From: Auanema rhodensis
Taxonomy: Eukaryota; Animalia; Nematoda
NCBI GenBank assembly: GCA_964057225.1
Contig: CAXKVF010000076.1
Location: 372,001 to 436,000 of the forward strand
DNA length: 64,000 nt
Reading direction: 5' to 3'
The notes below the pieces were generated by a model. The model made no database searches. It worked only from the letters and a program-made list of their open reading frames with translations, and was not told the DNA's origin. Positions 15,001 to 30,000 of the stretch are shown here, piece by piece (the stretch's first letter is position 1; every line of letters starts with the position of its first letter). The translations under genes were made by a program, and so were the position numbers.

Positions 15001-18000
15001 AGTCATGGTTACCATGCACCAATATCAATAAAAATTTGTTTTTAGACTAATATGGACATGGGGAATCTAATTTTGAAAACCGCATCTCTTTATCTTTCAC
15101 GTGAAGCGAGTTACATATCAAATGCACATCACGTGTACATTTAATTAGCATAAATTAAAGTTCACGTAAATTTCAAAGTCATGGTTACCATTAACCAATA
15201 TCAATAAAAATTTGTTTTTAGACTAATATGGACATGGGGAATCTAATTTTGAAAACCGCATCTCTTTATCTTTCACGTGAAGCGAGTTACATACCAAGTG
15301 CACATCACGTGTACATTTAATTAGCATAAATTAAAGTTCACGTAAATTTCAAAGTCATGGTTACCATGAACCAATATCAATAAAAATTTGTTTTTAGACT
15401 AATATGGACATGTAGAATCTAATTTTGAAAACCGCATCTCTTTATCTTTCACGTGAAGCGAGTTACATACCAAGTGCACATCACGTGTACATTTAATTAG
15501 CATAAATTAAAGTTCACGTAAATTTCAAAGTCATGGTTACCATGCACCAATATCAATAAAAATTTGTTTTTAGACTAATATGGACATGGGGAATCTAATT
15601 TTGAAAACCGCATCTCTTTATCTTTCACGTGAAGCGAGTTACATATCAAATGCACATCACGTGTACATTTAATTAGCATAAATTAAAGTTCACGTAAATT
15701 TCAAAGTCATGGTTACCATTAACCAATATCAATAAAAATTTGTTTTTAGACTAATATGGACATGGGGAATCTAATTTTGAAAACCGCATCTCTTTATCTT
15801 TCACGTGAAGCGAGTTACATACCAAGTGCACATCACGTGTACATTTAATTAGCATAAATTAAAGTTCACGTAAATTTCAAAGTCATGGTTACCATGAACC
15901 AATATCAATAAAAATTTGTTTTTAGACTAATATGTACATGGGGAATCTAATTTTGAAAACCGCATCTCTTTATCTTTCACGTGAAGCGAGTTACATATCA
16001 AATGCACATCACGTGTACATTTAATTAGCATAAATTAAAGTTCAAGTAAATTTCAAAGTCATGGTTACCATGCACCAATATCAATAAAAATTTGTTTTTA
16101 GACTAATATGGACATGAGGAATCTAATTTTGAAAACCGCATCTCTTTATCTTCCACGTGAAGCGAGTTACATACCAAGTGCACATCACGTGTACATTTAA
16201 TTAGCATAAATTAAAGTTCACGTAAATTTCAAAGTCATGGTTACCATGAACCAATATCAATAAAAATTTGTTTTTAGACTAATATATACATGGGGAATCT
16301 AATTTTGAAAACCGCATCTCTTTATCTTTCACGTGAAGCGAGTTACATACCAAGTGCACATCACGTGTACATTTAATTAGCATAAATTAAAGTTCAAGTA
16401 AATTTCAAAGTCATGGTTACCATGCACCAATATCAATAAAAATCTGTTTTTAGACTAATATGGACATGGGGAATCTAATTTTGAAAACCGCATCTCTTTA
16501 TCTTTCACGTGAAGCGAGTTACATACCAAGTGCACATCACGTGTACATTTAATTAGCATAAATTAAAGTTCACGTAAATTTCAAAGTCATGGTTACCATG
16601 CACCAATATCAATAAAAATTTGTTTTTAGACTAATATGGACATGGGGAATCTAATTTTGAAAACCGCATCTCTTTATCTTTCACGTGAAGCGAGTTACAT
16701 ATCAAGTGCACATCACGTGTACATTTAATTAGCATGAATTAAAGTTCACGTAAATTTCAAAGTCATGGTTACCATTAACCAATATCAATAAAAATTTGTT
16801 TTTAGACTAATATGGACATGGGGAATCTAATTTTGAAAACCGCATCTCTTTATCTTTCACGTGAAGCGAGTTACATACCAAGTGCACATCACGTGTACAT
16901 TTAATTAGCATAAATTAAAGTTCACGTAAATTTCAAAGTCATGGTTACCATGAACCAATATCAATAAAAATCTATTTTAAACTAATATGGACATGGGGAA
17001 TCTAATTTTGAAAACCGCATCTCTTTATCTTCCACGTGAAGCGAGTTACATACCAAGTGCACATCACGTGTACATTTAATTAGCATAAATTAAAGTTCAC
17101 GTAAATTTCAAAGTCATGGTTACCATGAACCAATATCAATAAAAATTTGTTTTTAGACTAATATGGACATGAGGAATCTAATTTTGAAAACCGCATCTCT
17201 TTATCTTTCACGTGAAGCGAGTTACATACCAAGTGCACATCACGTGTACATTTAATTAGCATAAATTAAAGTTCACTTAAATTTCAAAGTCATGGTTACC
17301 ATGAACCAATATCAATAAAAATTTGTTTTTAGACTAATATGGACATGGGGAATCTAATTTTGAAAACCGCATCTCTTTATCTTTCACGTCAAGCGAGTTA
17401 CATACCAAGTGCACATCACGTGTACATTTAATTAGCATAAATTAAAGTTCACGTAAATTTCAAAGTCATGGTTACCATGAACCAATATCAATAAAAATTT
17501 GTTTTTAGACTAATATGGACATGAGGAATCTAATTTTGAAAACCGCATCTCTTTATCTTTCAAGTGAAGCGAGTTACATACCAAGTGCACATCACGTGTA
17601 CATTTAATTAGCATAAATTAAAGTTCACTTAAATTTCAAAGTCATGGTTACCATGAACCAATATCAATAAAAATTTGTTTTTAGACTAATATGGACATGG
17701 GGAATCTAATTTTGAAAACCGCATCTCTTTATCTTTCACGTCAAGCGAGTTACATACCAAGTGCACATCACGTGTACATTTAATTAGCATAAATTAAAGT
17801 TCACGTAAATTTCAAAGTCATGGTTACCATGCACCAATATCAATAAAAATCTGTTTTTAGACTAATATGGACATGGGGAATCTAATTTTGAAAACCGCAT
17901 CTCTTTATCTTTCACGTGAAGCGAGTTACATACCAAGTGCACATCACGTGTACATTTAATTAGCTTAAATTAAAGTTCACGTAAATTTCAAAGTCATGGT

Positions 18001-21000
18001 TACCATGCACCAATATCAATAAAAATTTGTTTTTAGACTAATATGGACATGGGGAATCTAATTTTGAAAACCGCATCTCTTTATCTTTCACGTGAAGCGA
18101 GTTACATATCAAATGCACATCACGTGTACATTTAATTAGCATAAATTAAAGTTCACGTAAATTTCAAAGTCATGGTTACCATTAACCAATATCAATAAAA
18201 ATTTGTTTTTAGACTAATATGGACATGGGGAATCTAATTTTGAAAACCGCATCTCTTTATCTTTCACGTGAAGCGAGTTACATACCAAGTGCACATCACG
18301 TGTACATTTAATTAGCATAAATTAAAGTTCACGTAAATTTCAAAGTCATGGTTACCATGAACCAATATCAATAAAAATTTGTTTTTAGACTAATATGGAC
18401 ATGTAGAATCTAATTTTGAAAACCGCATCTCTTTATCTTTCACGTGAAGCGAGTTACATACCAAGTGCACATCACGTGTACATTTAATTAGCATAAATTA
18501 AAGTTCACGTAAATTTCAAAGTCATGGTTACCATGCACCAATATCAATAAAAATTTGTTTTTAGACTAATATGGACATGGGGAATCTAATTTTGAAAACC
18601 GCATCTCTTTATCTTTCACGTGAAGCGAGTTACATATCAAATGCACATCACGTGTACATTTAATTAGCATAAATTAAAGTTCACGTAAATTTCAAAGTCA
18701 TGGTTACCATTAACCAATATCAATAAAAATTTGTTTTTAGACTAATATGGACATGGGGAATCTAATTTTGAAAACCGCATCTCTTTATCTTTCACGTGAA
18801 GCGAGTTACATACCAAGTGCACATCACGTGTACATTTAATTAGCATAAATTAAAGTTCACGTAAATTTCAAAGTCATGGTTACCATGCACCAATATCAAT
18901 AAAAATTTGTTTTTAGACTAATATGGACATGGGGAATCTAATTTTGAAAACCGCATCTCTTTATCTTTCACGTGAAGCGAGTTACATACCAAGTGCACAT
19001 CACGTGTACATTTAATTAGCATAAATTAAAGTTCACGTAAATTTCAAAGTCATGGTTACCATGCACCAATATCAATAAAAATTTGTTTTTAGACTAATAT
19101 GGACATGAGGAATCTAATTTTGAAAACCGCATCTCTTTATCTTTCACGTGAAGCGAGTTACATACCAAGTGCACATCACGTGTACATTTAATTAGCATAA
19201 ATTAAAGTTCACTTAAATTTCAAAGTCATGGTTACCATGAACCAATATCAATAAAAATTTGTTTTTAGACTAATATGGACATGGGGAATCTAATTTTGAA
19301 AACCGCATCTCTTTATCTTTCACGTGAAGCGAGTTACATACCAAGTGCACATCACGTGTACATTTAATTAGCATAAATTAAAGTTCACGTAAATTTCAAA
19401 GTCATGGTTACCATGCACCAATATCAATAAAAATTTGTTTTTAGACTAATATGGACATGGGGAATCTAATTTTGAAAACCGCATCTCTTTATCTTCCACG
19501 TGAAGCGAGTTACATACCAAGTGCACATCACGTGTACATTTAATTAGCATAAATTAAAGTTCACGTAAATTTCAAAGTCATGGTTACCATGAACCAATAT
19601 CAATAAAAATTTGTTTTTAGACTAATATGGACATGAGGAATCTAATTTTGAAAACCGCATCTCTTTATCTTTCACGTGAAGCGAGTTACATACCAAGTGC
19701 ACATCACGTGTACATTTAATTAGCATAAATTAAAGTTCACTTAAATTTCAAAGTCATGGTTACCATGAACCAATATCAATAAAAATTTGTTTTTAGACTA
19801 ATATGGACATGGGGAATCTAATTTTGAAAACCGCATCTCTTTATCTTTCACGTGAAGCGAGTTACATACCAAGTGCACATCACGTGTACATTTAATTAGC
19901 ATAAATTAAAGTTCACGTAAATTTCAAAGTCATGGTTACCATGCACCAATATCAATAAAAATTTGTTTTTAGACTAATATTGACATGGGGAATCTAATGT
20001 TGAAAACCGCATCTCTTTATCTTCCACGTGAAGCGAGTTACATACCAAGTGCACATCACGTGTACATTTAATTAGCATAAATTAAAGTTCACGTAAATTT
20101 CAAAGTCATGGTTACCATGAACCAATATCAATAAAAATTTGTTTTTAGACTAATATGTACATGGGGAATCTAATTTTGAAAACCGCATCTCTTTATCTTT
20201 CACGTGAAGCGAGTTACATACCAAGTGCACATCACGTGTACATTTAATTAGCATAAATTAAAGTTCAAGTAAATTTCAAAGTCATGGTTACCATGCACCA
20301 ATATCAATAAAAATCTGTTTTTAGACTAATATGGACATGGGGAATCTAATTTTGAAAACCGCATCTCTTTATCTTTCACGTGAAGCGAGTTACATACCAA
20401 GTGCACATCACGTGTACATTTAATTAGCATAAATTAAAGTTCACGTAAATTTCAAAGTCATGGTTACCATGCACCAATATCAATAAAAATTTGTTTTTAG
20501 ACTAATATGGACATGGGGAATCTAATTTTGAAAACCGCATCTCTTTATCTTTCACGTGAAGCGAGTTACATATCAAGTGCACATCACGTGTACATTTAAT
20601 TAGCATGAATTAAAGTTCACGTAAATTTCAAAGTCATGGTTACCATTAACCAATATCAATAAAAATTTGTTTTTAGACTAATATGGACATGGGGAATCTA
20701 ATTTTGAAAACCGCATCTCTTTATCTTTCACGTGAAGCGAGTTACATACCAAGTGCACATCACGTGTACATTTAATTAGCATAAATTAAAGTTCACGTAA
20801 ATTTCAAAGTCATGGTTACCATGAACCAATATCAATAAAAATCTATTTTAAACTAATATGGACATGGGGAATCTAATTTTGAAAACCGCATCTCTTTATC
20901 TTCCACGTGAAGCGAGTTACATACCAAGTGCACATCACGTGTACATTTAATTAGCATAAATTAAAGTTCACGTAAATTTCAAAGTCATGGTTACCATGAA

Positions 21001-24000
21001 CCAATATCAATAAAAATTTGTTTTTAGACTAATATGGACATGAGGAATCTAATTTTGAAAACCGCATCTCTTTATCTTTCACGTGAAGCGAGTTACATAC
21101 CAAGTGCACATCACGTGTACATTTAATTAGCATAAATTAAAGTTCACTTAAATTTCAAAGTCATGGTTACCATGAACCAATATCAATAAAAATTTGTTTT
21201 TAGACTAATATGGACATGGGGAATCTAATTTTGAAAACCGCATCTCTTTATCTTTCACGTCAAGCGAGTTACATACCAAGTGCACATCACGTGTACATTT
21301 AATTAGCATAAATTAAAGTTCACGTAAATTTCAAAGTCATGGTTACCATGAACCAATATCAATAAAAATTTGTTTTTAGACTAATATGGACATGAGGAAT
21401 CTAATTTTGAAAACCGCATCTCTTTATCTTTCAAGTGAAGCGAGTTACATACCAAGTGCACATCACGTGTACATTTAATTAGCATAAATTAAAGTTCACT
21501 TAAATTTCAAAGTCATGGTTACCATGAACCAATATCAATAAAAATTTGTTTTTAGACTAATATGGACATGGGGAATCTAATTTTGAAAACCGCATCTCTT
21601 TATCTTTCACGTCAAGCGAGTTACATACCAAGTGCACATCACGTGTACATTTAATTAGCATAAATTAAAGTTCACGTAAATTTCAAAGTCATGGTTACCA
21701 TGCACCAATATCAATAAAAATCTGTTTTTAGACTAATATGGACATGGGGAATCTAATTTTGAAAACCGCATCTCTTTATCTTTCACGTGAAGCGAGTTAC
21801 ATACCAAGTGCACATCACGTGTACATTTAATTAGCTTAAATTAAAGTTCACGTAAATTTCAAAGTCATGGTTACCATGCACCAATATCAATAAAAATTTG
21901 TTTTTAGACTAATATGGACATGGGGAATCTAATTTTGAAAACCGCATCTCTTTATCTTTCACGTGAAGCGAGTTACATATCAAATGCACATCACGTGTAC
22001 ATTTAATTAGCATAAATTAAAGTTCACGTAAATTTCAAAGTCATGGTTACCATTAACCAATATCAATAAAAATTTGTTTTTAGACTAATATGGACATGGG
22101 GAATCTAATTTTGAAAACCGCATCTCTTTATCTTTCACGTGAAGCGAGTTACATACCAAGTGCACATCACGTGTACATTTAATTAGCATAAATTAAAGTT
22201 CACGTAAATTTCAAAGTCATGGTTACCATGAACCAATATCAATAAAAATTTGTTTTTAGACTAATATGGACATGTAGAATCTAATTTTGAAAACCGCATC
22301 TCTTTATCTTTCACGTGAAGCGAGTTACATACCAAGTGCACATCACGTGTACATTTAATTAGCATAAATTAAAGTTCACGTAAATTTCAAAGTCATGGTT
22401 ACCATGCACCAATATCAATAAAAATTTGTTTTTAGACTAATATGGACATGGGGAATCTAATTTTGAAAACCGCATCTCTTTATCTTTCACGTGAAGCGAG
22501 TTACATATCAAATGCACATCACGTGTACATTTAATTAGCATAAATTAAAGTTCACGTAAATTTCAAAGTCATGGTTACCATTAACCAATATCAATAAAAA
22601 TTTGTTTTTAGACTAATATGGACATGGGGAATCTAATTTTGAAAACCGCATCTCTTTATCTTTCACGTGAAGCGAGTTACATACCAAGTGCACATCACGT
22701 GTACATTTAATTAGCATAAATTAAAGTTCACGTAAATTTCAAAGTCATGGTTACCATGCACCAATATCAATAAAAATTTGTTTTTAGACTAATATGGACA
22801 TGGGGAATCTAATTTTGAAAACCGCATCTCTTTATCTTTCACGTGAAGCGAGTTACATACCAAGTGCACATCACGTGTACATTTAATTAGCATAAATTAA
22901 AGTTCACGTAAATTTCAAAGTCATGGTTACCATGCACCAATATCAATAAAAATTTGTTTTTAGACTAATATGGACATGAGGAATCTAATTTTGAAAACCG
23001 CATCTCTTTATCTTTCACGTGAAGCGAGTTACATACCAAGTGCACATCACGTGTACATTTAATTAGCATAAATTAAAGTTCACTTAAATTTCAAAGTCAT
23101 GGTTACCATGAACCAATATCAATAAAAATTTGTTTTTAGACTAATATGGACATGGGGAATCTAATTTTGAAAACCGCATCTCTTTATCTTTCACGTGAAG
23201 CGAGTTACATACCAAGTGCACATCACGTGTACATTTAATTAGCATAAATTAAAGTTCACGTAAATTTCAAAGTCATGGTTACCATGCACCAATATCAATA
23301 AAAATTTGTTTTTAGACTAATATGGACATGGGGAATCTAATTTTGAAAACCGCATCTCTTTATCTTCCACGTGAAGCGAGTTACATACCAAGTGCACATC
23401 ACGTGTACATTTAATTAGCATAAATTAAAGTTCACGTAAATTTCAAAGTCATGGTTACCATGAACCAATATCAATAAAAATTTGTTTTTAGACTAATATG
23501 GACATGAGGAATCTAATTTTGAAAACCGCATCTCTTTATCTTTCACGTGAAGCGAGTTACATACCAAGTGCACATCACGTGTACATTTAATTAGCATAAA
23601 TTAAAGTTCACTTAAATTTCAAAGTCATGGTTACCATGAACCAATATCAATAAAAATTTGTTTTTAGACTAATATGGACATGGGGAATCTAATTTTGAAA
23701 ACCGCATCTCTTTATCTTTCACGTGAAGCGAGTTACATACCAAGTGCACATCACGTGTACATTTAATTAGCATAAATTAAAGTTCACGTAAATTTCAAAG
23801 TCATGGTTACCATGCACCAATATCAATAAAAATTTGTTTTTAGACTAATATTGACATGGGGAATCTAATGTTGAAAACCGCATCTCTTTATCTTCCACGT
23901 GAAGCGAGTTACATACCAAGTGCACATCACGTGTACATTTAATTAGCATAAATTAAAGTTCACGTAAATTTCAAAGTCATGGTTACCATGAACCAATATC

Positions 24001-27000
24001 AATAAAAATTTGTTTTTAGACTAATATGTACATGGGGAATCTAATTTTGAAAACCGCATCTCTTTATCTTTCACGTGAAGCGAGTTACATACCAAGTGCA
24101 CATCACGTGTACATTTAATTAGCATAAATTAAAGTTCAAGTAAATTTCAAAGTCATGGTTACCATGCACCAATATCAATAAAAATCTGTTTTTAGACTAA
24201 TATGGACATGGGGAATCTAATTTTGAAAACCGCATCTCTTTATCTTTCACGTGAAGCGAGTTACATACCAAGTGCACATCACGTGTACATTTAATTAGCA
24301 TAAATTAAAGTTCACGTAAATTTCAAAGTCATGGTTACCATCCACCAATATCAATAAAAATTTGTTTTTAGACTAATATGGACATGGGGAATCTAATTTT
24401 GAAAACCGCATCTCTTTATCTTTCACGTGAAGCGAGTTACATATCAAGTGCACATCACGTGTACATTTAATTAGCATGAATTAAAGTTCACGTAAATTTC
24501 AAAGTCATGGTTACCATTAACCAATATCAATAAAAATTTGTTTTTAGACTAATATGGACATGGGGAATCTAATTTTGAAAACCGCATCTCTTTATCTTTC
24601 ACGTCAAGCGAGTTACATACCAAGTGCACATCACGTGTACATTTAATTAGCATAAATTAAAGTTCACGTAAATTTCAAAGTCATGGTTACCATGAACCAA
24701 TATCAATAAAAATCTGTTTTTAGACTAATATGGACATGGGGAATCTAATTTTGAAAACCGCATCTCTTTATCTTCCACGTGAAGCGAGTTACATACCAAG
24801 TGCACATCACGTGTACATTTAATTAGCATAAATTAAAGTTCACGTAAATTTCAAAGTCATGGTTACCATGAACCAATATCAATAAAAATTTGTTTTTAGA
24901 CTAATATGGACATGGGGAATCTAATTTTGAAAACCGCATCTCTTTATCTTTCACGTGAAGCGAGTTACATACCAAGTGCACATCACGTGTACATTTAATT
25001 AGCATAAATTAAAGTTCACGTAAATTTCAAAGTCATGGTTACCATGCACCAATATCAATAAAAATTTGTTTTTAGACTAATATGGACATGGGGAATCTAA
25101 TTTTGAAAACCGCATCTCTTTATCTTTCACGTGAAGCGAGTTACATACCAAGTGCACATCACGTGTACATTTAATTAGCATAAATTAAAGTTCACGTAAA
25201 TTTCAAAGTCATGGTTACCATTAACCAATATCAATAAAAATTTGTTTTTAGACTAATATGGACATGGGGAATCTAATTTTGAAAACCGCATCTCTTTATC
25301 TTTCACGTGAAGCGAGTTACATATCAAGTGCACATCACGTGTACATTTAATTAGCATGAATTAAAGTTCACGTAAATTTCAAAGTCATGGTTACCATTAA
25401 CCAATATCAATAAAAATTTGTTTTTAGACTAATATGGACATGGGGAATCTAATTTTGAAAACCGCATCTCTTTATCTTTCACGTCAAGCGAGTTACATAC
25501 CAAGTGCACATCACGTGTACATTTAATTAGCATAAATTAAAGTTCACGTAAATTTCAAAGTCATGGTTACCATGAACCAATATCAATAAAAATCTGTTTT
25601 TAGACTAATATGGACATGGGGAATCTAATTTTGAAAACCGCATCTCTTTATCTTCCACGTGAAGCGAGTTACATACCAAGTGCACATCACGTGTACATTT
25701 AATTAGCATAAATTAAAGTTCACGTAAATTTCAAAGTCATGGTTACCATGAACCAATATCAATAAAAATTTGTTTTTAGACTAATATGGACATGGGGAAT
25801 CTAATTTTGAAAACCGCATCTCTTTATCTTTCACGTGAAGCGAGTTACATACCAAGTGCACATCACGTGTACATTTAATTAGCATAAATTAAAGTTCACG
25901 TAAATTTCAAAGTCATGGTTACCATGCACCAATATCAATAAAAATTTGTTTTTAGACTAATATGGACATGGGGAATCTAATTTTGAAAACCGCATCTCTT
26001 TATCTTTCACGTGAAGCGAGTTACATACCAAGTGCACATCACGTGTACATTTAATTAGCATAAATTAAAGTTCACGTAAATTTCAAAGTCATGGTTACCA
26101 TGAACCAATATCAATAAAAATTTGTTTTTAGACTAATATGTACATGGGGAATCTAATTTTGAAAACCGCATCTCTTTATCTTTCACGTGAAGCGAGTTAC
26201 ATATCAAATGCACATCACGTGTACATTTAATTAGCATAAATTAAAGTTCAAGTAAATTTCAAAGTCATGGTTACCATGCACCAATATCAATAAAAATCTG
26301 TTTTTAGACTAATATGGACATGGGGAATCTAATTTTGAAAACCGCATCTCTTTATCTTTCACGTGAAGCGAGTTACATACCAAGTGCACATCACGTGTAC
26401 ATTTAATTAGCATAAATTAAAGTTCACGTAAATTTCAAAGTCATGGTTACCATGAACCAATATCAATAAAAATTTGTTTTTAGACTAATGTGTACATGGG
26501 GAATCTAATTTTGAAAACCGCATCTCTTTATCTTTCACGTGAAGCGAGTTACATATCAAATGCACATCACGTGTACATTTAATTAGCATAAATTAAAGTT
26601 CAAGTAAATTTCAAAGTCATGGTTACCATGCACCAATATCAATAAAAATCTGTTTTTAGACTAATATGGACATGGGGAATCTAATTTTGAAAACCGCATC
26701 TCTTTATCTTTCACGTGAAGCGAGTTACATACCAAGTGCACATCACGTGTACATTTAATTAGCATAAATTAAAGTTCACGTAAATTTCAAAGTCATGGTT
26801 ACCATGAACCAATATCAATAAAAATTTGTTTTTAGACTAATATGGACATGGGGAATCTAATTTTGAAAACCGCATCTCTTTATCTTTCACGTGAAGCGAG
26901 TTACATACCAAGTGCACATCACGTGTACATTTAATTAGCATAAATTAAAGTTCACGTAAATTTCAAAGTCATGGTTACCATGCACCAATATCAATAAAAA

Positions 27001-30000
27001 TCTGTTTTTAGACTAATATGGACATGGGGAATCTAATTTTGAAAACCGCATCTCTTTATCTTTCACGTGAAGCGAGTTACATACCAAGTGCACATCACGT
27101 GTACATTTAATTAGCATAAATTAAAGTTCACGTAAATTTCAAAGTCATGGTTACCATGAACCAATATCAATAAAAATTTGTTTTTAGACTAATATGTACA
27201 TGGGGAATCTAATTTTGAAAACCGCATCTCTTTATCTTTCACGTGAAGCGAGTTACATATCAAATGCACATCACGTGTACATTTAATTAGCATAAATTAA
27301 AGTTCAAGTAAATTTCAAAGTCATGGTTACCATGCACCAATATCAATAAAAATCTGTTTTTAGACTAATATGGACATGGGGAATCTAATTTTGAAAACCG
27401 CATCTCTTTATCTTTCACGTGAAGCGAGTTACATACCAAGTGCACATCACGTGTACATTTAATTAGCATAAATTAAAGTTCACGTAAATTTCAAAGTCAT
27501 GGTTACCATGAACCAATATCAATAAATATTTGTTTTTAGACTAATATGGACATGGGGAATCTAATTTTGAAAACCGCATCTCTTTATCTTTCACGTGAAG
27601 CGAGTTACATACCAAGTGCACATCACGTGTACATTTAATTAGCATAAATTAAAGTTCACGTAAATTTCAAAGTCATGGTTACCATGCACCAATATCAATA
27701 AAAATCTGTTTTTAGACTAATATGGACATGGGGAATCTAATTTTGAAAACCGCATCTCTTTATCTTTCACGTGAAGCGAGTTACATACCAAGTGCACATC
27801 ACGTGTACATTTAATTAGCATAAATTAAAGTTTACGTAAATTTCAAAGTCATGGTTACCATGCACCAATATCAATAAAAATTTGTTTTTAGACTAATATG
27901 GACATGGGGAATCTAATTTTGAAAACCGCATCTCTTTATCTTTCACGTGAAGCGAGTTACATACCAAGTGCACATCACGTGTACATTTAATTAGCATAAA
28001 TTAAAGTTCACGTAAATTTCAAAGTCATGGTTACCATGAACCAATATCAATAAAAATTTGTTTTTAGACTAATATGTACATGGGGAATCTAATTTTGAAA
28101 ACCGCATCTCTTTATCTTTCACGTGAAGCGAGTTACATATCAAATGCACATCACGTGTACATTTAATTAGCATAAATTAAAGTTCAAGTAAATTTCAAAG
28201 TCATGGTTACCATGCACCAATATCAATAAAAATCTGTTTTTAGACTAATATGGACATGGGGAATCTAATTTTGAAAACCGCATCTCTTTATCTTTCACGT
28301 GAAGCGAGTTACATACCAAGTGCACATCACGTGTACATTTAATTAGCATAAATTAAAGTTCACGTAAATTTCAAAGTCATGGTTACCATGCACCAATATC
28401 AATAAAAATCTGTTTTTAGACTAATATGGACATGGGGAATCTAATTTTGAAAACCGCATCTCTTTATCTTTCACGTGAAGCGAGTTACATACCAAGTGCA
28501 CATCACGTGTACATTTAATTAGCATAAATTAAAGTTCACGTAAATTTCAAAGTCATGGTTACCATGCACCAATATCAATAAAAATCTGTTTTTAGACTAA
28601 TATGGACATGGGAAATCTAATTTTGAAAACCGCATCTCTTTATCTTTCACGTGAAGCGAGTTACATACCAAGTGCACATCACGTGTACATTTAATTAGCA
28701 TAAATTAAAGTTCACGTAAATTTCAAAGTCATGGTTACCATGCACCAATATCAATAAAAATTTGTTTTTAGACTAATATGGACATGGGGAATCTAATTTT
28801 GAAAACCGCATCTCTTTATCTTTCACGTGAAGCGAGTTACATATCAAATGCACATCACGTGTACATTTAATTAGCATAAATTAAAGTTCACGTAAATTTC
28901 AAAGTCATGGTTACCATTAACCAATATCAATAAAAATTTGTTTTTAGACTAATATGGACATGGGGAATCTAATTTTGAAAACCGCATCTCTTTATCTTTC
29001 AAGTGAAGCGAGTTACATACCAAGTGCACATCACGTGTACATTTAATTAGCATAAATTAAAGTTCACGTAAATTTCAAAGTCATGGTTACCATGCACCAA
29101 TATCAATAAAAATTTGTTTTTAGACTAATATGGCCATGAGGAATCTAATTTTGAAAACCGCATCTCTTTATCTTTCACGTGAAGCGAGTTACATACCAAG
29201 TGCACATCACGTGTACATTTAATTAGCATAAATTAAAGTTCACGTAAATTTCAAAGTCATGGTTACCATGCACCAATATCAATAAAAATTTGTTTTTAGA
29301 CTAATATGTACATGGGGAATCTAATTTTGAAAACCGCATCTCTTTATCTTTCACGTGAAGCGAGTTACATATCAAATGCACATCACGTGTACATTTAATT
29401 AGCATAAATTAAAGTTCAAGTAAATTTCAAAGTCATGGTTACCATGCACCAATATCAATAAAAATCTGTTTTTAGACTAATATGGACATGGGGAATCTAA
29501 TTTTGAAAACCGCATCTCTTTATCTTTCACGTGAAGCGAGTTACATACCAAGTGCACATCACGTGTACATTTAATTAGCATAAATTAAAGTTCACGTAAA
29601 TTTCAAAGTCATGGTTACCATGCACCAATATCAATAAAAATCTGTTTTTAGACTAATATGGACATGGGGAATCTAATTTTGAAAACCGCATCTCTTTATC
29701 TTTCACGTGAAGCGAGTTACATACCAAGTGCACATCACGTGTACATTTAATTAGCATAAATTAAAGTTCACGTAAATTTCAAAGTCATGGTTACCATGCA
29801 CCAATATCAATAAAAATCTGTTTTTAGACTAATATGGACATGGGGAATCTAATTTTGAAAACCGCATCTCTTTATCTTTCACGTGAAGCGAGTTACATAC
29901 CAAGTGCACATCACGTGTACATTTAATTAGCATAAATTAAAGTTCACGTAAATTTCAAAGTCATGGTTACCATGCACCAATATCAATAAAAATTTGTTTT

